Virus record (IMG/VR): IMGVR_UViG_3300019458_000022
DNA: 48,617 nt
Source: a virus
Strand: one strand, 5' to 3'
The notes under the pieces are model-generated. The model was not told the DNA's origin, did no database searches, and was given only the letters and a program-made list of their open reading frames with translations. Below, piece after piece: positions 45,269-48,617 of the stretch. Both the position numbers and the translations under genes were made by a program. How positions within the stretch are numbered: the stretch's first letter is position 1; every line of letters begins with the position of its first letter.

Positions 45269-48112
45269 GTGGCGACCTTGGGGCTCTCCATGATCGTGCG
45301 GGACGAAGAAGAGACGCTCCCGCGGTGCCTGGAGAGCGTGCGTGGACTTTTCGACGAACTCGTCGTCGTGGATACCGGATCGACCGACCGTACGAAAGGG
45401 ATCGCCTCCTCCTTCGGCGCCAAGATCCACGAATTCGCATGGATCGACGACTTCTCGGCCGCTCGGAACTTCTCGTTTGGCCAGGTTTCGTCCGACTTCA
45501 TCATGTGGCTGGATGCGGACGATGTCCTCAAGTCCGAAGACCTCGTGAAGCTCCGCCGCCTCAAGGACGCGCTCCGGCCTGCGCATGCCTATCTCATGGC
45601 CTACGACTACGCGCAGGACGAATTCGGGAATTCCATGTGCCGACTCTATCGGCACCGCATCGTCCCAAGGAGACCCGAGGTCTTCTGGAAATACCCGATC
45701 CATGAATGTCTCTCGATCCCGGAAGCTTGGCGCCAGGTGATGACGGACATCACGGTCACGCACAAGCGGACGGCCAAGGAAGCGGCGCGGGATGCCGGAC
45801 GGAACCTCGCTCTTCTACGGAAAGCGGCCGATAAGAGTCCGGATGACCGGCGCATCCAGTTCTACCTGGGGAAAGAACTCGCCCATGCGGGCCTTGTGGA
45901 CGAGGCGATTCCGGTGCTCAGAAGCTTCCTGACCGATCCAGACTGGCACGAGAACAGGATCAGCGCGCACCTCCTCCTCGCGCAGTGCTACTACAGGAAA
46001 GGCGAGTGGAAGAAGGTCATCGAGACGTGCTTCGGCGCGATCCATATCGACCCGCGTTGGGCCGAGTTCTACGTCCTCATCGGGGAGGTCTATTACAACC
46101 GGAAGGACTGGACCAAGGCGATCCAATGGTACGAGACCGCTTCGAAGATGAAGCTCCCGGAAACCGCGGGAACGATCGCCCCGGAGAACTATACGTGGAT
46201 ACCTCACGACCGCCTGTGCAAGTGCTACTCGAACGTGGGGAAGATCCGGCGCGCATACGAGGCCAATGAGATGGCGCTCGGCTACAGGCCCACGGACGAG
46301 CGGCTTCTTTACAACCAACGGTATCTTCGGGATGTCCTTTTTGACCGTTTGAATGAGCGACCTTACCGGCTGAGTCTTGGCAGCGGAGGGAAGCCCGTTC
46401 CGTCCTATCGTCGGACGGCACGGGCGCCTGGACCCGATGTCGATTGCGTCTTCGACCCGGCCAAGCTCCCGTACGATACGGCCACAGTTCACGCGATCTA
46501 CGCCGAGCATGTCCTGGAGTACATGGGGCATGAGGAAGCCCTTGGCTCGATTGCGGAATGGGCGAGGGCTCTCCGGCACGGCGGCGCCCTCACCCTCAAG
46601 GTCGTGGATCTCGACCTCTCGTGCGAGGCGTTCCTCAGGTCGGAGGACAGAAAGCGGGATTCTGCCGAGCGATGGACCCCGAAAGAATGGTTCCGCTACG
46701 CGCTTTACGGGGGGCCGCTCTCGAAGGACGGGGCCTCCCAGAATGGCCACCGCAAGACCGGGTTTACGAAGGCGGAACTCGGAAGACTTCTTTCCGATCA
46801 CGGGTTCGAGGTCGAGCACCTCGAAAGCTATGACGCAAACGGGATTCCGTCGATCGAGGTTCGAGCGGTCCAAACGCGACAGGCGATGAAAGTCTGCTGG
46901 CTTCTCCGGGGCGATGTACCTGACGATCTCCGCGTTCGCCTCTTCAACGTCTCCGAATGGCTCGCTACGCGCGGCATCCACTCCGAAATGAACCCGCTTT
47001 ATGCCTCTGGATCGGAAGATCTGGGTGCGATGCTCAACGAATTGCGGCGGTACGACATTGTCGTCGTGACGAAGCCCGGCGCCGTCGAGGAAAAGCTCGC
47101 CGATCTGCTCAACAGGTGCGGGGTCGGGACCGTCTATTGCGCCTCGTCCGGACCTGGACTCGGCGACGAGGCCAGAACGATCGCCCATTTCTCCAGGAGA
47201 GTCGTCTTCTGGTCCGAGGAACAGCGGAGAAGCGTCAAGGACGTTCATGGCATCGTCATTCCCGGCGCGCTGGGTGTGGCCGAGCTTTGTCTCGAAGACC
47301 CAGGTCAGCTTCAGGGCAAGACGTGGGTCTCGCTCTTCGAGGAAATCTGCCGGGAGAACTGCGATCCCCCGTCCGTGGACATAGTGATCGCGGCCCGGAA
47401 AGATGAAGGCAAGCATCTGAGGCGTGCGATCGAAGCAATTCGGAAGAATACCGACTGGCCCTACCGAATGATGGTCATCGGTGCGATAGACGAAGAGATT
47501 TTCGGCTGGATCAAGAAGCAAGCAGACGTGTCATTCCAGCGCGAGGACGCCCAGGAATCGTGGCGCGTCCTGGTCTCCGGTCTTTCGCTCACCAAGGCGC
47601 CGTATGCCTGCATTCTCGACGCGAACGCCATCGTCTGCCAGGGTTGGCTCGGAGCATTGATGCATGAGGCGGTAAAACCCGGAGTCGGCGCAGTCGGACC
47701 ACTCTCGAACCTGGATCGGGACCTACTTCAAAAGGAGCGGCTCCTCCCGGACCGCGCCGATCCCCCCAGGGGATTGGATAAAGAGCGGATGGAGGAGATG
47801 CTTCCCGAGCTTTACGAATGGTCTCATCCGAAAGCGATCCGGACCACGGATCAGTTGCCGCTTTACTGCATCGCGTTCCCCCGGGTCTCGGTCGAAAAGA
47901 TCCTTTCCATGAACGGGACCGGAAGAGGCGAAAAGACCGTCGCCGGACTAATCTCCGATGCCGGAGGCTCCCTCGTCCAGACCCTCGACGCCTGCATTGT
48001 TCTACCTGAAGACAAATTTAGTGCTCGAATGGCATCCGGTCATCATGCTATAATTGAGAACACTTTCACAGTTAAGAGTCCGGTGAGAGAGGCAGAAGAT
48101 GCCCCCGCGTAA
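45269..48112 (+). CDS. Multidomain glycosyltransferase: GT2, TPR, methyltransferase-like and second degenerate GT2 domains
   Basis: LSMIVRDEE..LPRCLES, VDTGSTDRT, DDFSAARN, WLDAD, IHE; TPR helices; LSLGSG...EHVLEY...RALRHGG; VDIVI...VGAVGP. Confidence 0.85.
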   Translation: MATLGLSMIVRDEEETLPRCLESVRGLFDELVVVDTGSTDRTKGIASSFGAKIHEFAWIDDFSAARNFSFGQVSSDFIMWLDADDVLKSEDLVKLRRLKDALRPAHAYLMAYDYAQDEFGNSMCRLYRHRIVPRRPEVFWKYPIHECLSIPEAWRQVMTDITVTHKRTAKEAARDAGRNLALLRKAADKSPDDRRIQFYLGKELAHAGLVDEAIPVLRSFLTDPDWHENRISAHLLLAQCYYRKGEWKKVIETCFGAIHIDPRWAEFYVLIGEVYYNRKDWTKAIQWYETASKMKLPETAGTIAPENYTWIPHDRLCKCYSNVGKIRRAYEANEMALGYRPTDERLLYNQRYLRDVLFDRLNERPYRLSLGSGGKPVPSYRRTARAPGPDVDCVFDPAKLPYDTATVHAIYAEHVLEYMGHEEALGSIAEWARALRHGGALTLKVVDLDLSCEAFLRSEDRKRDSAERWTPKEWFRYALYGGPLSKDGASQNGHRKTGFTKAELGRLLSDHGFEVEHLESYDANGIPSIEVRAVQTRQAMKVCWLLRGDVPDDLRVRLFNVSEWLATRGIHSEMNPLYASGSEDLGAMLNELRRYDIVVVTKPGAVEEKLADLLNRCGVGTVYCASSGPGLGDEARTIAHFSRRVVFWSEEQRRSVKDVHGIVIPGALGVAELCLEDPGQLQGKTWVSLFEEICRENCDPPSVDIVIAARKDEGKHLRRAIEAIRKNTDWPYRMMVIGAIDEEIFGWIKKQADVSFQREDAQESWRVLVSGLSLTKAPYACILDANAIVCQGWLGALMHEAVKPGVGAVGPLSNLDRDLLQKERLLPDRADPPRGLDKERMEEMLPELYEWSHPKAIRTTDQLPLYCIAFPRVSVEKILSMNGTGRGEKTVAGLISDAGGSLVQTLDACIVLPEDKFSARMASGHHAIIENTFTVKSPVREAEDAPA

Positions 48113-48617
48113 AGGCGATTTCCTCTTTCTCGCTTTCCCGACCGGTGCGGGTGAAACCGGGCTTCAAGGCGCTACCGGACTGCAAGGCGAGACGGGAATC
48201 CAGGGCCAGACGGGATCGGGCGGTCCTCAAGGCGAGACCGGACTTGCCGGAACCACTGGGCCTCAGGGTGAAACGGGGGTTCAGGGCATCACGGGACTTC
48301 AAGGCGAAACCGGTATCCAAGGTGTCACGGGATTCCAGGGCGCGACCGGAATCGACGGTCAGACCGGAGTCCAGGGACAGACCGGAGTCCAAGGCGTCAC
48401 GGGCGTACAAGGCCAGACGGGGGTTCAAGGGCAAACCGGCGTCCAGGGCCAGACCGGAGTTCAAGGACAGACGGGAGTCCAGGGCGTCACCGGTGCGCAG
48501 GGTCAGACCGGCGTCCAAGGCCAGACCGGAGTCCAGGGTCAGACCGGAGTCCAAGGCGTCACGGGCACGCAAGGCCAAACCGGGGTTCAGGGTCAGACCG
48601 GCGTCCAAGGCCAGACG
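48099..48617 (+). CDS. Second collagen-like fibre protein (runs off the window)
   Basis: Not in the ORF track; MPPRKGDFLFLAFPTGAGETGLQG followed by GVQGQT repeats to the edge. Confidence 0.85.
   Translation, partial: MPPRKGDFLFLAFPTGAGETGLQGATGLQGETGIQGQTGSGGPQGETGLAGTTGPQGETGVQGITGLQGETGIQGVTGFQGATGIDGQTGVQGQTGVQGVTGVQGQTGVQGQTGVQGQTGVQGQTGVQGVTGAQGQTGVQGQTGVQGQTGVQGVTGTQGQTGVQGQTGVQGQT

Larger units (their letters stand above)
1..48617. mobile_element. Virus/provirus genome segment, probably tailless and membrane-containing; both ends lie outside the window
   Basis: Divergent early (replication/recombination) and late (structural) arms; dense operons; no housekeeping synteny; no terminase, portal or tail genes recognised; no integrase or att site seen. 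Confidence 0.8.

Noticed and set aside
1-48617. tRNA/rRNA genes, integrase and att sites
   Set aside because: None recognised by eye; integration status and host cannot be determined from this window

Overview
The whole window reads as one GC-rich prokaryotic virus or provirus genome, cut at both ends. It has two divergent arms around a control region at about 12.95-13.17 kb. The left arm (minus strand, 1-12.9 kb) is an early/replication module: XRE HTH, SNF2 helicase, probable single-strand annealing protein, Cas4-like nuclease, DnaJ, UvrD-like helicase, replication initiator plus DnaC/IstB-like loader, and two DUF5131 proteins. The right arm (plus strand, 13.2-48.6 kb) is a late/structural module with no recognisable terminase, portal, HK97 capsid or tail genes. 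Instead it holds an active plus a catalytically dead transglutaminase/papain-like enzyme pair, a 651-aa protamine-like Arg-rich repeat protein, beta-rich jelly-roll-like capsid candidates, about 25 small membrane-anchored proteins, a spermidine synthase, collagen-like fibres, a LamG protein and a large glycosyltransferase. This suggests a tailless virus with an internal membrane (inference). The most striking unexplained signal is a shared peptide code in the late proteins: 19 genes begin M-Y-hydrophobic, many carry x-[LMI]-G / GLG motifs, and four unrelated proteins share PEE[EQ]F[LM]G. This is consistent with a virus-encoded sorting/maturation system acted on by the transglutaminase-like enzyme. 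All family calls come from motif recognition by eye; no database searches were run.
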